Positions 36,546-48,361 of a stretch of 64,000 nucleotides of DNA are shown one piece after another; the stretch's first letter is position 1, and every line of letters starts with the position of its first letter. Origin of the DNA: an uncultured Acidobacteriota bacterium. Lineage in GTDB: Bacteria; Acidobacteriota; Vicinamibacteria; Marinacidobacterales; SMYC01. The stretch lies in the NCBI GenBank assembly GCA_963820855.1, contig CAWGBY010000003.1, forward strand, positions 186,033 to 250,032. Reading direction: 5' to 3'. Position numbers and translations under genes: made by a program. Under the pieces are notes generated by a model. The model was given only the letters and a program-made list of their open reading frames with translations. It did not search any database and was not told the origin of the DNA.

Positions 36546-37432
36546 CTACCGACCGGAATCGAGGTGCCATCCCACGTTCACGAGTCGTCCAGCGCGGTTC
36601 ACGAAGATCTCCGTTCCGCGGCCGGAGTAGGTCTCCCGCTGTCCCTCGGTCTCGAGCTCGTACGAGTAGGTGGTGTAGAGGATGATGGTATCGCCGTAGA
36701 CTCGAATTTCCGTTCTGGGGAACGCAAGCCTGAACGAGCCGCGCGCCCGTCTCCGCGAGCTCCGAGGCGCCCGCGAGAACGGAGTCCCGGACGGTGCCAG
36801 TCCTCCTCGGCCGCGTTGATGGCGATGGTGTCTTCGGGGACCAGTTCCTCGAGCCTCGCCCGGTCGTTCGAGAAGAAGGCCCGCCATACCGCTTCGCGCG
36901 TCCTCAGGATCTCTTCGCGCGCGGCCGCGCTCACGGGCTGAGGCTCCTGCCGTTCGGCATCCAGGACGTCCGGGTGGGTGTTCAGGTGGGAGGCGACCTG
37001 GGTCCATTCGCCGTCTTTCTTGGCGTAGACATCGATGGATCGATACCGGGTCTCGTACGTAAGGCCTAGGGCGGGGTCCTCCTTCACCTCGATGTCCACG
37101 TCGGCGATGTAGGTCACGAGCCCGATGTCGCCGTAGAAGCTGCAGGTCGAAGTCTTCGAACCGGTAGCCGGCGATGCGCCCGGGAGATCTCAAGAACGCG
37201 TCGGCGCCTTCCATGTAGCTATCAATCCCGCGAATGATGCTGCGCGATCTTCCGAGAAAGCCGCGCCACTCCTCCGCGTGGGTCTTCTCGATCGTTTCCC
37301 GGTCCTTCTTCATGTACGCGCGAAAGATGCGATCGATATGCGCCCGAATCGCATCGCGGTCCGCCGGGCGGTGGTCGCCGTCCGACCGGCGGTTGCAGAA
37401 GGCGCTAGAAGCAGGCAGAGCTGGCTCCACAT
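36546..37432 (-). CDS. Secreted tandem NTF2-like (DUF4440/SnoaL-like) domain protein; frameshifted
   Basis: Signal-like MWSQLCLLLAPSA. Two DUF4440-like halves (IRAHIDRIFRAYMKKDRETIEKTHAEEWRGF... and ...REAVWRAFFSNDRARLEELVPEDTIAINA...). Confidence 0.45.
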
Positions 37433-37500
37433 GAAATGGTTTCTCCTTTCCTCCGTCCCAGTCTGGGATGAAAGGCGAGGAAACCGCTTGCACTATCTTG

Positions 37501-38290
37501 CTATTTCGGGCGGACGGCGGAAGGCGGAACGCGGTAGCGTTTTCGGAACGCGCGGGTGAAGTAGCTGAGATTACGAAAGCCGCAGTCGAAAGAGACGTCC
37601 GTCACCGTGCGTCCATGGCGGAGCATCCGGTGCGCGCGCTCGAGGCGCGTCCGAAGGAGATACCGCCCGGGCGGCGTCCCCACGAGCAAGCGAAAGACCC
37701 GCGAGAAATGAAACGGACTCATCCCGACCGACCGCGAGAGCGAACCAAGCGAATGGCGCTCGTGAAACGACACTTCGAGCCGGGTGCGCGCCGCCTCGAC
37801 GCGCTCGGCGTACCAGGCGAGGCTCTTCTCGCGGAAGAGCTTCCCGCCCGGTCCGGGCTCGGTGAGCACGGCTTCGGCGAGGTCCGCGCCGATCTCTTCG
37901 AACGCGGCGCCGTCCCCGCGTCACATCCAAGGCGCGCAGGAGCCTCCATTTCAAGTAGGCCGTCCGATTGGTCAGCGCCAGAACCGGAGAGGCGGAGTCG
38001 AAGGAACTCTCCTCCCCGAAGAACTCGGGAAGGTAGTCGACACTGAGGCAGACGTCTTTCGGGCACTCTTCCTCGTGAGTGATTCGATACGAGAGCCCGG
38101 GGAGGGTCGCGAAGATCGTGCGGGGCGTGACCGCGAGCTGTCTCGACCCGGCCCGGATGGAAAAGGACCCGCTGAGGACGAAGCTGAAGGAGATCGAGGC
38201 CGATCGCTCCTCGCGGGGGTCGCGATGCGGCTCTTCCTCCGGATGCTCGAACCTGGAAATGCGGAGGAGAGGGGTCTCGACCAGCGGAAC
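37501..38290 (-). CDS. AraC-family transcriptional regulator; frameshifted
   Basis: C-terminal HTH_18: SLGSLSRSVGMSPFHFSRVFRLLVGTPPGRYLLRTRLERAHRMLRHGRTVTDVSFDCGFRNLSYFTRAFRKRY. Confidence 0.7.
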
Positions 38291-38298
38291 GACCCGGT

Positions 38299-39909
38299 TC
38301 AAGGCTGGTATCCGGGTCCTCGAAGCGCCCGCCCCGGGCGCTCGCGCGTGTAGACGGCGTCCTTCACCACCGCGACTCCGTTCACGAAGACGTGCTTCAT
38401 CCCGACGGAGTAGTGGAAGGGATCCTCGAACGTCGCCTTTCCGGCGATGGTCAAGGGATCGAACGCCACGACGTCCGCGAACTGCCCGGGCTTCACCATC
38501 CCGCGGTCGTCGATGCCGAGGATCTCCGCGGGGAGGGAAGAGAGCTTGCGGATCGCCTCCTCCCAGCTCAGAAGCTTCTCCTCGCGCACGTACGTGCCGA
38601 GGAAGCGGGGAGCGGTGCCGAGGTGGCGCGGATGGACGAGGGGCGGAAGGTCCTCCCATTCCAGATCCAGCGCGCCTCCGTCCGTGCCGCCGGCGACGTA
38701 GGGCTGAAGCAGCACTTGGCGCAGCGTGTCTTCCTCGTTGTTCCAGTCGATGACGATGCCGCGGCCCTCGGCCTTCAGGACGACGTCCATGAAGACCTCC
38801 TCCGGCGGCATCTCGCGAATCTCGGCGACTTCCTCGACCAGCTTGCCGTTCACCTCGGGGTCCTCGACTCCCAGGCGGACGTGGTGCCAGCCGATGTTCG
38901 CGAGGTAGGGCGGCTCGTCGACGAAGTCCTGCGCGATCCGTTCGCGCTCCTTGGGGTCACGAAGCCGCGCGAGCATCGCTTCCCGCCCGCCTTCCTGAGC
39001 CCAGGCGGGGATGTAGTCGGACAAGCCCGTGATTCCCCAGGTGTAGGTATACGAGTCTCCGGTCACGCGAATCCCCCGATCGCGCGCCTCGTCGATGATG
39101 GGAAGAAACTCGGAGGCCCTCGTCGAGGAGAGAGAGTTCAGGTGAAAAAAGTGAAGGGGCGCTCCTGACTTCTCCGCGATCTCGATCCCTTCGCGGATGG
39201 CGTTCGGGTCCGTGCCGTTCATGGTTCGGGCGTGGTTGGCGTAGATCCCGCCGACCGCGCCGGCCTCCCTCACCAGCGCGGCGAGCTCGTCCGTCGACAT
39301 GTAGATGTTCGGGACGTAGCTCATTCCTGCGGACACTCCGAAGGCGCCTTCCTTCATCGCGTCGCGGACGAGGGCCTTCATTTGCTCGAGCTCCTCGCCG
39401 GTGGGAGGCCGGTCGTCGTAGCCCATGACGTACGCCCGGATGCCGCCGGAGCCCACGTAGGAAGCGATGTTGATGTCGATCCCCTGCGTCTCCATGAAGG
39501 TGAGAAACTCACCGAGCGTGGTCCATTTTCCCTTCAGAGAGTCCGGCAGAGTGTCCTCTTGCTTTCCGCCCACCGGTCCCATCGAGGTCGTTTCGCCGTA
39601 GACCTCGGTCGTGAAGCCCTGGAACGCGAACGAAGGACCGCGTCCCTCGTGGAGGAGGCGTCCGTCTTCCGAATGGCTGTGCATGTCGATGAAGCCCGGA
39701 GCCACGTAGAGTCCCGTGGCGTCGATCTCCGTCGCGCCCTTACCGGCGAGACGTCCGACGGCGGCGATGCGATCGCCCGAGAACGCCACGTCGCCCTCGA
39801 ACGGCGGGCGCCCGGAACCGTCGAAGACCGTGCCGTTGCGGAGAACGACGTCGTAGTCCGGGGCGCAGGCGGCGGCGAGGATCAGAAAAAGGAGAAAGCA
39901 CTTTCGCAT
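38299..39909 (-). CDS. N-acyl-D-amino-acid deacylase (D-aminoacylase, amidohydrolase 3 family), lipoprotein/secreted; intact, 536 aa
   Basis: MRKCFLLFLILAAACAPDYDVVLRNGTVFDGSG...ATGLYVAPGFIDMHSHSEDG... Second paralog in the window. Confidence 0.75.
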   Translation of the reverse strand: MRKCFLLFLILAAACAPDYDVVLRNGTVFDGSGRPPFEGDVAFSGDRIAAVGRLAGKGATEIDATGLYVAPGFIDMHSHSEDGRLLHEGRGPSFAFQGFTTEVYGETTSMGPVGGKQEDTLPDSLKGKWTTLGEFLTFMETQGIDINIASYVGSGGIRAYVMGYDDRPPTGEELEQMKALVRDAMKEGAFGVSAGMSYVPNIYMSTDELAALVREAGAVGGIYANHARTMNGTDPNAIREGIEIAEKSGAPLHFFHLNSLSSTRASEFLPIIDEARDRGIRVTGDSYTYTWGITGLSDYIPAWAQEGGREAMLARLRDPKERERIAQDFVDEPPYLANIGWHHVRLGVEDPEVNGKLVEEVAEIREMPPEEVFMDVVLKAEGRGIVIDWNNEEDTLRQVLLQPYVAGGTDGGALDLEWEDLPPLVHPRHLGTAPRFLGTYVREEKLLSWEEAIRKLSSLPAEILGIDDRGMVKPGQFADVVAFDPLTIAGKATFEDPFHYSVGMKHVFVNGVAVVKDAVYTRERPGRALRGPGYQP

Positions 39910-39943
39910 GGTGCGGGAGTTTCACTCTCGGCGGTCGGACGAG

Positions 39944-40408
39944 TCAAACGCGATTCGCGGGACGTCGCGGCCGCTGCTTCGCCGAGATCGACTTGATGAT
40001 GAGCTGCCGGCGAGCTTTCTTGTCGAGAGGCCGGGGCGCTACCGCGAGCGCCTGATTCATCAGGGTCCTGACCGCGGGCCGGTCCAGAGTCGACGCGTCG
40101 GCGAGCACGATGTGGCGAACGCGGGTTCCTTTTCCCTGGAGAAGCCGGTCCGGGTCTTTCAGCTTCGTTCCCTGGAAGAAGAAGAGACTCACCCAGCGAG
40201 GAAAGACGGCTATGGAGAAAATCGCGTCGGAAGACCGCTCGGTCGCTCCGAATCCAATCGCGAGCGCGTTGTAGTTGTCGTACACGAGCTCGACCGCTCC
40301 GGGAAGCCGCGTGCGCATCTTCGCCAGGATCTTTCGCGCGAGGGCTGCGATCTCCGGCGTGTACTTCGCGAGGAAGGAGTCCAGCTCCTTCTGCGGAGTC
40401 GTCCTCAT
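39944..40408 (-). CDS. DUF1801 (YdhG-like) domain protein
   Basis: ELDSFLAKYTPEIAALARKILAKMRTRLPGAVELVYDNYNALAIGFG... matches the DUF1801 pattern. Confidence 0.55.
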   Translation of the reverse strand: MRTTPQKELDSFLAKYTPEIAALARKILAKMRTRLPGAVELVYDNYNALAIGFGATERSSDAIFSIAVFPRWVSLFFFQGTKLKDPDRLLQGKGTRVRHIVLADASTLDRPAVRTLMNQALAVAPRPLDKKARRQLIIKSISAKQRPRRPANRV

Positions 40409-40476
40409 GAGCGCGGAAAGTCTAGCATGGAAGGGGAGGCTGGCTTAGAATGGCTCTGCGCGCCGCGCCAGGAGAT

Positions 40477-41239
40477 CATGAGAGCCAGCGCGGGAATTTT
40501 GCTATCGCTGTTGCTTTTTACGGGCTGCGGAAGTTCGACCACCGACCCGACGATACCCCCAACCACGACGGTCACCACCACGACCACCACGTCGTCCTCG
40601 GGATCGACGTCGACGTCGTCGACATCGTCCACGACGAGCGTATCCACGGGGAATCGACCGCCCGTGGTCACGCTCCAAGGCGGCTCCTGTCACCCGAACG
40701 CCGCGGGGAGCACCGTCGGTGCGAGGTCGTGCAGGGTTCGCCTGACCGCGCAGGCGAGCGATCCGGATGGAGACCCCCTGCAGATCCTTTGGAGCGGGTG
40801 CGGCTCCGGCGTCGACCTGATCGTCGATTGCGTCATCACCTCTCCCGGAGCGCTCTCCGCCCGGATCGAGGTCAATGACGGAAGAGGAGGGACCGCCTCG
40901 GCGGTGGCCCAGGCCGTGGGAATCAACCAGCCGCCCGTGATTCGCTTCGGCAGCCCGAGACCTCCGGATCCAGCGCCGGCGAGCACTTCGTACACTCTCT
41001 CGGGAAACCAACCCACGGATCCGGATGGCGACGAGGACGAGAACGTCCTCTGCTCGAGAACGAGCGTCACCGCCTCCGGCGCGTGCACGGTAGGTCTCTC
41101 GTTCCTCTGCGGAGGCGCTTCGGATGGCTTCGACGTGGACATCCGGACGCTCGGGCCAGGAACCTGCAACCTCGAGGCGCGGACCGAGGATTCGTGGGGC
41201 TTCGACGGAGTCGACCGCCTGACCTTCCGCGTGCAGTAG
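40477..41239 (+). CDS. Lipoprotein with Thr/Ser-rich linker and two Ig/PKD-like Cys-containing repeats
   Basis: Lipobox LLFTGC, poly-T/S linker, repeats carrying DPDGD motifs and paired cysteines. Confidence 0.5.
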
Positions 41240-41322
41240 TTTTCCCCGTTTCAACCTCCCCCGGCGGGTTCCGGTATAATTCCGCGTATTTGTTCGCGGG
41301 AGGGGAATCGCACAGGAGGAGC

Positions 41323-43019
41323 ATGATGAAAACTTTCGCAGGCGCCGCCGTCCTGGCCGTCGCTACGGCCGCGTTCGGAATGGCCCAGACCCAGACCCAG
41401 ACGCCGAATCACCAGCACTATAAAGAAGACAAGGACGCGATGAAGCCCTCGCCGACGGGCCAGATCGCGCCACGGCTCCAGAACCTCGGGCCGCACACGT
41501 TTCCCGTGACGACCCTTTCGCGGGACGCTCAGCTTTTCATGAATCAGGGGTTGAACCTGGCGTACGGATTCAACCACGCCGAGGCCGGCCGCTCGTTTCG
41601 CGAGGCCGCGCGGCTCGATCCCGAGCTCGCGATGGCCTACTGGGGACAAGCGCTGGTCCTCGGTCCCAACATCAACGCGGTGATGGCCCCGGAGGAAGAG
41701 CCCAAAGCGTACGAGCTGGTCCAGAAAGCCGTGTCTTTGAAATCGAAGGCGTCCCCGCGGGAGCAGGCGTACATCGACGCGCTCGCGAAGCGCTACACGG
41801 GGAAGCCCGAAGACCGCGCCGCGGCGGACAAGGCCTTCGCCGAAGCGATGGGTGAGGTCGCGAAAGCGTTCCCCGACGACCTCGACGCGCAGGCCCTCTA
41901 CGCGGAATCGATGATGGACCTGAGACCCTGGGGCTACTGGACGCCGGACGGCGAACCTCAGCCGGGGACCGCCGAGATCGTGTCCCTCATCGAGTCGGTT
42001 ATCGATCGCGACTCGCATCACCCGCTCGCGCTCCATCTCTACATTCATCTCATCGAGCCCACGGAAACTCCGGAAAAGGCGGAAATCGCGGCGGACCGGC
42101 TGCTCACGCTCATGCCCGGCGCGGGTCACATGGTTCACATGCCGTCTCACATCTACCAGCGGATCGGGCGCTACGAGGACGCCGCGCGGAGCAACGAGCT
42201 CGCGGTCGTCGCGGACGAGGACTACATCACGCAGTGCCAGGCGCAGGGCATGTATCCGATGGGCTACTACCCCCACAACGTGCATTTCCTCTGGTTCGCG
42301 GCGACGATGGACGGACGGGGTCAGCTCGCCGATCGACAACGCCCGCAAGGTCGCGGCGAAAGTTCCCGACGAGGCGCTCAAGGAGATGCCGCTGACCGCG
42401 GGATTCCGGGTGGTTCCTTACTACGCGCTCACCCGCTTCGGGCGGTGGGACGAGATGTTGAAGGAGCCGAAGCCTGCGGTGGACAACTTGTACCTGAACG
42501 GCGTCTGGCACTACGCGAGAGGGCTCGCGTTCGTCGCGAAAGGGCAAGCTCGGCGATGCGGAGAAGGAGCTCGCCGAGGTGCAGCGCATCGCCAAGGACC
42601 CGGCCCTCGAGTTCGCGCTCTTCTCGCCGAACGCCGCCGCCCTCATTTTCTCGATCGCGCCCCACGTGCTCGGCGGTGAGATCGAGGCGGCGAAGAAGAA
42701 TTACGATCAGGCCATCGCTCACCTGGACCGCGCCGTGCGCATCGAGGACGGTCTCGTCTACACCGAACCGAGCGAGTGGCATTACCCTCCGCGGCACGCG
42801 CTCGGCGCGGTTCTCCTCGAGGCCGGCCGCGCCCGCGAGGCAGAGACCGTCTACTGGGAGGACCTTCGCCGCAACCGTGAGAACGGCTGGGCCCTCTACG
42901 GGCTCGTGAAGGCGCTGGAGGCGCAGGGGAAGACCGAGCAGGCGGCGGTCGCGAAAGAACGTTTCGAGAAGGCGTGGTCGCGGGCCGACGTGAAGCTCGT
43001 TTCCTCGCGAATGCGTTAA
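41323..43019 (+). CDS. Secreted TPR-like repeat protein; two frameshifts (about 42330 and 42560)
   Basis: Signal peptide MMKTFAGAAVLAVATAAFGMAQ. Helical repeat content across ORFs 41083..42909, 42386..42679 and 42579..43019. Confidence 0.45.
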
Positions 43020-43063
43020 GCCTCTCCGGGCGGATCGACACGGCCGTGATATAACTCGCGGCC

Positions 43064-44390
43064 GTGTCGTCGCCTCCCACCTTGAAGCGCGCCCTCGGGC
43101 GCTGGGACCTCACCGCGATCGGGATCAATCAAGTCATCGGCGTCTCCATCTTTCTCATCCCGTCGCAGATCGTGGCCCTCATCGGCAATTGGAGCCCGAT
43201 CGGTTTCGTCCTTGCGGGCCTCGCTTCGCTCGCCGTCGCCCTCTGCTTCGCGGAAGTCGGGAGCCGCTTCGAGGGGACCGGCGGCCCTTATCTCTACACC
43301 CAGGCCGCGTTCGGGCGCTTCGTGGCTTTCGAAGTGGGATGGATGCAATGGTTCACGAGAGCGTCGAGCCAGGCCTCGGTCGCGAACGGCATCGCGCTCG
43401 CGCTCGCCTTCTACTGGCCGGTGATGAAAGCCGGCCCGTCGCGAGCGATTCTCATCACCCTGCTCACGCTCTTTCTGGCTTTCATCAACGCGCGCGGCAT
43501 CACGGAGAGCGCCTGGCTCGTGAACGGGCTCACCATCGCGAAGCTCCTGCCGCTCGCGGCCTTCATCGCCATCGGCGTCTTTCACGCGGATCTGACGAAG
43601 CTCGCGCCCCTTCCCGACCTCACTCTCGAAGGGGCCGCCGCCGCCGGGCTGCTGCTGATCTTCACCTACGGCGGCTACGACGTCATCGGTGTTCCCGCGG
43701 GCGAGGCGGCCGATCCCAGGCGCCATCTTCCGTTCGCGTTCATCGCGACCATCATCACGGTCACCGTGGTCATGACCGTGACGCAGGTCATCGCCATGAC
43801 CACCTACGACGGTCTCGCCGGCTCGACGACACCGATCGCCGACGCGGCCCTCGCGTTCATGGGACCTCTGGGAGCCGCGGTGATCGGCTTCGGATCGGTA
43901 GTGGCCATGACCGGCAACAACGCCGGTCAGGTGCTGACGGGCTCGCGGATGCTGTTCGCGCTCGCCGAGAACCGCGCGCTTCCCCGTTTCTTCGGACATA
44001 TCGACCCGATCCACCGGACCCCGACGAACGCGATCTGGTTCACCTCCATGGCGGCGCTTCTCCTCGCGTTGACCGGTTCGTTCGTCTACCTCGCCGTGGT
44101 GAGCGCCGTTGCGCGCCTCGTGACCTATACCGGCGTTTGCGCCGCGACGCTCGCTCTGCGGAGGGAGCGCTTCGAGGGTCGAGTCGAGCCGGCGACGTTC
44201 ACCGTGCCCTTCGGGCCGCTCGTGCCGTGTCGCCGCGATTCTGATCTCGCTCGCCCTCATCGCCGGGGCCACGCGAGCGCAGCTCCTGGGAGGGGCCGTG
44301 GCGCTCTTGGCCGGCGCCGTTCTCTACTGGCTCAATCGCGAGCGCCGCGAGCCGCTTACCGCACCCGGGCGGCCCGCACCTGGTCCTCGG
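43064..44390 (+). CDS. APC-family amino acid permease; frameshift near C-terminus
   Basis: LGRWDLTAIGINQVIGVSIFLIPSQI...FAEVGSRFEGTGGPYLYTQAAFGRFVAFEVGWMQWF. Confidence 0.75.
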
Positions 44391-45857
44391 TGAACGCGTA
44401 GCGGATGAAAGGCATCTCCTCGAGGAATGCCGCGATGTCTCCGAGGCCGATCTGGAGCTCGTCCATGCGGTCCTGGCTCACGTACATCTGACAGTTCGCC
44501 GCGTCGTTGAAATCCAGGACCAGCCGGGCTTCCCTGGGATCGAAACGCTCGTTCACCGCGGCGAGAATGTCCTCGACGTAGCGCCGGGCCTGGTCGTCGC
44601 CCTGGGGCTCGGCGGGCATGCCGTGATCGGCCGTGATCGCGACGACCGTCTGGCCCGCCCCGGCCGCCGCGTCGAGTGCTTCGAGGACCCGGCCGATCTC
44701 TGAGTCGAGGGCGCGCATCGCCTGCTCCATCTCCTTCGACTCCGGTCCGTACTGGTGCGCGACGTAGTCGGGAGTCTTGAAGTTCACGACGAGAAGATCG
44801 GTGACCGCGTCCTTTCCCACGGATTCCTTCTCGATCATCTCGATGAGAGCCTGCGCCTGGAAGGCCGGAAAGAGCCCGGTCCTGAGGAGAGTTCGGCTGC
44901 TATCGATCTTGTGGTCCAACCAGACACCGCCGGCGGCTTGCCAGACCTTTCCCGCGTTGTCGTCTTCGAGGTACTCGGGAAGACGGAAGCATTCTTTGTT
45001 GGTGACCCATCCCGCTTTGCGCTCGTCGAACATCGCCATCACCGTCGGACGTCCGTTGATCGCGCAGGAACCGAGTCCCGCGAGCGCGACGGCGGCGCGC
45101 GGCGTCGTGCCTTGCGCGATCACGACGGCGTGCCCGGCGCTCGCGAGGCTCCAATGGTCGGCGAGAGCGAGCGTCATGTAGTTCTTCGGGCTCATTCCCG
45201 GAAACGGCTCGTCTTCCTTCCCCGTCCGCCGGTCGAAAGTGGCATTGGCGTGGATACCGTGAAATCGCGGGATCGGCTCCGGTGGCGACGGTGGAATGCC
45301 CGGCGCTCGTGACGGTCGGAAGGTAGTCGATGCGCGCGGCTTCGAACCAGGCGCCCTCTCGCTTCAGCCGGGAGAGTGTGGGGAGCTGTGGCGAGAGCCG
45401 CTTCCAGGTGTCGGAACCCACTCCATCGAGGACGGCGAGCAGGATCGCGCGCGGCCGGTCGCTCGTCGAGGAGAGCGCGTCCCGGAGAGCGCGTCCGTTC
45501 ATGGTGGTAGGCGCGGGGAGTCCGAGAATCGCCGCGAGCGTGGGAGCGACGTCCTGGTGCCGCGCTGGACCGGAATAGACGCCCGGCCGCACGAAAGGCT
45601 CGCCGTGGAAAAGGATTGGGATCTCGCACGTCGTAGTCCCACGGGCTCCCGTGCATGAAGCGGTAGACGTCGTCCGGCCGCGACAGAAAGAAGTTGCCTT
45701 GCTCGGCCACGATGAAGATCTGCCCGCTCCGTCCCGGCACGTAGCTCCGCGCGAACATCTCGACGACCGTGTCCCGTTCGGAGCGCGGGGGGGCCGCGGG
45801 CGACTCGGGCGCCCTCTTTCCCTGGCAGGATGCGAGGAGCGGCTGCGAGAAACGTGA
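44356..45857 (-). CDS. Alkaline-phosphatase-superfamily lipoprotein (type I phosphodiesterase/nucleotide pyrophosphatase-like); frameshifted
   Basis: Lipobox-like MLRATLLTFLAASC. ILLAVLDGVGSD...LPTVTSAGHSTVATGADP. LLVVNFKTPDYVAHQYGP...VVAITADHGM. DVAPTLAAILGLP. Confidence 0.55.
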
Positions 45858-45880
45858 GAAGGGTCGCCCGTAGCATGGGT

Positions 45881-48316
45881 CTACTCCTTGAGGGCGGTGA
45901 CGGGATCGATGCCGGCGGCACGCCGGGCCGGGAGAACGCTCGCGCCGAACCCGACGACGAGAAGAAGAGCGGCGGAAGCGGCGAGTGTCAGCGGGTCCGA
46001 AGCCTCGACGCCATAGAGGAGTCCCCGCAAGAGCCGCGAGGCGGCGACCGCTCCCGCGAGTCCGAGGGCGATGCCGATTCCGATGACGGCGAAGGCGCCT
46101 TTCAGCACGTGCCGGTAGAGGTCCATTCGGTCCGCGCCGACCGCCTTCCGAATCCCGAGCTCCCGCGTGTGGGTCAGGACGGTGAAGGACAGAACTCCGT
46201 AGAGACCGATGGTCGCGAGAGTGATGGCGATGAAACCGAAGAGGAGAAGGAGCGACATCAGGACCCGCTCGCGGGCGAGCGAGTCGGAGAGGCGCTCGCT
46301 CATGGTTCGAGCGTCATAGACCGGAATTTGAGGATCGAGCGCGCGGACCGCCTCGGTGACGCGAGGCGAGACGCTCGCCGCCCCGGCCGGGCCGTGGGCC
46401 ACGCCGTAGAGAGTCCGGCTCGCATAGGTTTCGTAGGGAAAGAAGACCGTCATGCGCGGCTCGGCCGCGAGACCGTAGTGCTTCACGTCCTCGACCACGC
46501 CGAGGATGGTCGCGCGCTCCTCGGGCTTTCGGCCGACCCACTTTCCGACGGCTTCGTCGAGCTTCCAGAACCGCTCCGCGAGCGCGCGGTTCACCACGAC
46601 CTCGAGGGGCTCGCCGTCGTCCGCGTTCGTGAAGGTGCGCCCGGCGAGAAGGGGAATGCCCATCGCCTCGAAGTAGCCCGGGGTCACCACGTGCACGTCG
46701 GCGACGACACGGTTGCGCTCCGGGTCCTGCTGGTCCTGGACGAGGAAATCCGTCCAGGCGAATCCCCGGGTCAGCGGCAGCATCGAGATCCCGCCCGCCT
46801 CGGTGATGGCGGGTCCTTCGCGAAGCCGATCGAAAAGAAGCTCGAAGAATCGGTCGCGCGCTTTCCCGTCCTCGTAGCGCTCGCCGACGAGCGAGAGGCG
46901 GAACGTGAAGGCACCTTCGGGCCGAAAGCCAGGAGCGGCGGAGCGCAGCTCGAAGAACGTCCGGAGCAGAAGACCCGCTCCCGTCGCGAGGACCAGGGAC
47001 AGCGCGACCTGCGCGATGACGAAGGTGCGCGATCCACTGCGCCAGAGCGATCGGGCGCGGACCGCTGCCGCCCCTTCGCGGATGGCCTCGGTCGGAGAAA
47101 CGCGCGAGAGCCGGACGGCGGGGAAGAGACCGAAGAGAAGACTCGAACCGACCGACAGCACGATCGCGAAAGCGACGATTCCGAAGTCGATCTCGACCTC
47201 GGCGAGGCGCGGAAGATCCGGCGGCGCCGCCCTCCTCAGAGCCTCGATCGCCGCGACCGCCATCGAAAGCCCGAGAGCGCCGGCGACGAGACCGAGAATG
47301 AGGTTGGGAACGATCGCATGCCGGATCATTTGCGAGCGTGAGGCCCCGATGGCGGCGCGGAGCGCGAGCTCGCGGCTTCCCGCGGTCGCGCGCGTCAGGA
47401 CGAGGTTCGCGACGTTGGCGCAGGCGATGAGGAGGAGCACCGCGGTGGCGCCGAGGAGAAGGAAGAGCGCCGGTCGCACCGGTCCGACCACCTGATCGAG
47501 AAGGGAGACCGCGTCGAGCCGGTATTCTCCTCCGGGGGCGAGGCCCGCGCCGAGACTCCCGGGGTCCTGAACCACTCCTTCGGCGACACGAAGAAGCTCC
47601 GCCTCGAGCTCCGCGAGCGTCGCCCCGGGAGCGAGTCGCCCGATCACGTTGTAGTTTTCCGAGCCGCGCGTGGTGATCCCGGGATCCTCGATGGGCATCG
47701 AGGTCACGAGGTCGAAGACCGGCACGGTGTTGAGCGTGGGAAGAAGGTCTTCGTCGAGAGGCAGAGGGGGAAGGACTCCCGTGACCTCGAGCCGCTCGCC
47801 GTCGACTTCGATGGTGCGGCCCAGGACCGATGGGTCGGAACGGAAGCGGCGCTGGTAGAGGCCCTCCGACAGAAGGACCTTCACCGCCGCTCCGGGCTCG
47901 TCGTCTTTCGCGTCGAGCCGCCGCCCGAGAATGGGCTCGACTCCGAACAAGTCGAAGAAGGACGAAGTGACGTTCAACGCGCCGAGCCGCTCGGGCTCGG
48001 CGCCGTCGCCGGTCAAGGTGACGTTGGTCCCGAAGACCATGGCGAGCTCTTCGAAGGCCTCGACCTTTTCGCGCAGATCGAAATACTGCGCCGGCGAGAG
48101 CCAGTCCTCTTCGACTCCCACTCCGGGGGCCCGCTGCCAGACCATCATCAGTCGTTCGGGGTCCTCGAACGGGAGGGGCCGAAGCAGGACTCCGTTCACG
48201 ACCGTCGCGATGGCCGCGGTCGCTCCGATGGAAAGGGCCATGGTGAGGATGACGATCGCCGAGTGAGAGGGGGAGCGGACGAGTCCGCGGATTGATTGCG
48301 AAAGCTCGCGCAGCAT
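45881..48316 (-). CDS. ABC transporter permease, ADOP type (duplicated FtsX); intact
   Basis: MLRELSQSIRGLVRSPSHSAIVILTMALSIGATAAIATVVNGVLLRPL... Two FtsX bundles, C-terminal ...IDPVTALKE. Confidence 0.8.
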   Translation of the reverse strand: MLRELSQSIRGLVRSPSHSAIVILTMALSIGATAAIATVVNGVLLRPLPFEDPERLMMVWQRAPGVGVEEDWLSPAQYFDLREKVEAFEELAMVFGTNVTLTGDGAEPERLGALNVTSSFFDLFGVEPILGRRLDAKDDEPGAAVKVLLSEGLYQRRFRSDPSVLGRTIEVDGERLEVTGVLPPLPLDEDLLPTLNTVPVFDLVTSMPIEDPGITTRGSENYNVIGRLAPGATLAELEAELLRVAEGVVQDPGSLGAGLAPGGEYRLDAVSLLDQVVGPVRPALFLLLGATAVLLLIACANVANLVLTRATAGSRELALRAAIGASRSQMIRHAIVPNLILGLVAGALGLSMAVAAIEALRRAAPPDLPRLAEVEIDFGIVAFAIVLSVGSSLLFGLFPAVRLSRVSPTEAIREGAAAVRARSLWRSGSRTFVIAQVALSLVLATGAGLLLRTFFELRSAAPGFRPEGAFTFRLSLVGERYEDGKARDRFFELLFDRLREGPAITEAGGISMLPLTRGFAWTDFLVQDQQDPERNRVVADVHVVTPGYFEAMGIPLLAGRTFTNADDGEPLEVVVNRALAERFWKLDEAVGKWVGRKPEERATILGVVEDVKHYGLAAEPRMTVFFPYETYASRTLYGVAHGPAGAASVSPRVTEAVRALDPQIPVYDARTMSERLSDSLARERVLMSLLLLFGFIAITLATIGLYGVLSFTVLTHTRELGIRKAVGADRMDLYRHVLKGAFAVIGIGIALGLAGAVAASRLLRGLLYGVEASDPLTLAASAALLLVVGFGASVLPARRAAGIDPVTALKE

Positions 48317-48361
48317 GCGGCAAAGACTATCCGCTCCTGCGTGATACAGTCCAATCGGAGG

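Noticed and set aside
44356-45857. Possibility that the alkaline-phosphatase-superfamily gene is a PglZ (BREX defence) component
   Set aside because: The protein is about 500 aa with a lipoprotein signal and NPP-type motifs. There are no neighbouring BREX genes (no PglX methyltransferase, BrxC ATPase and so on).
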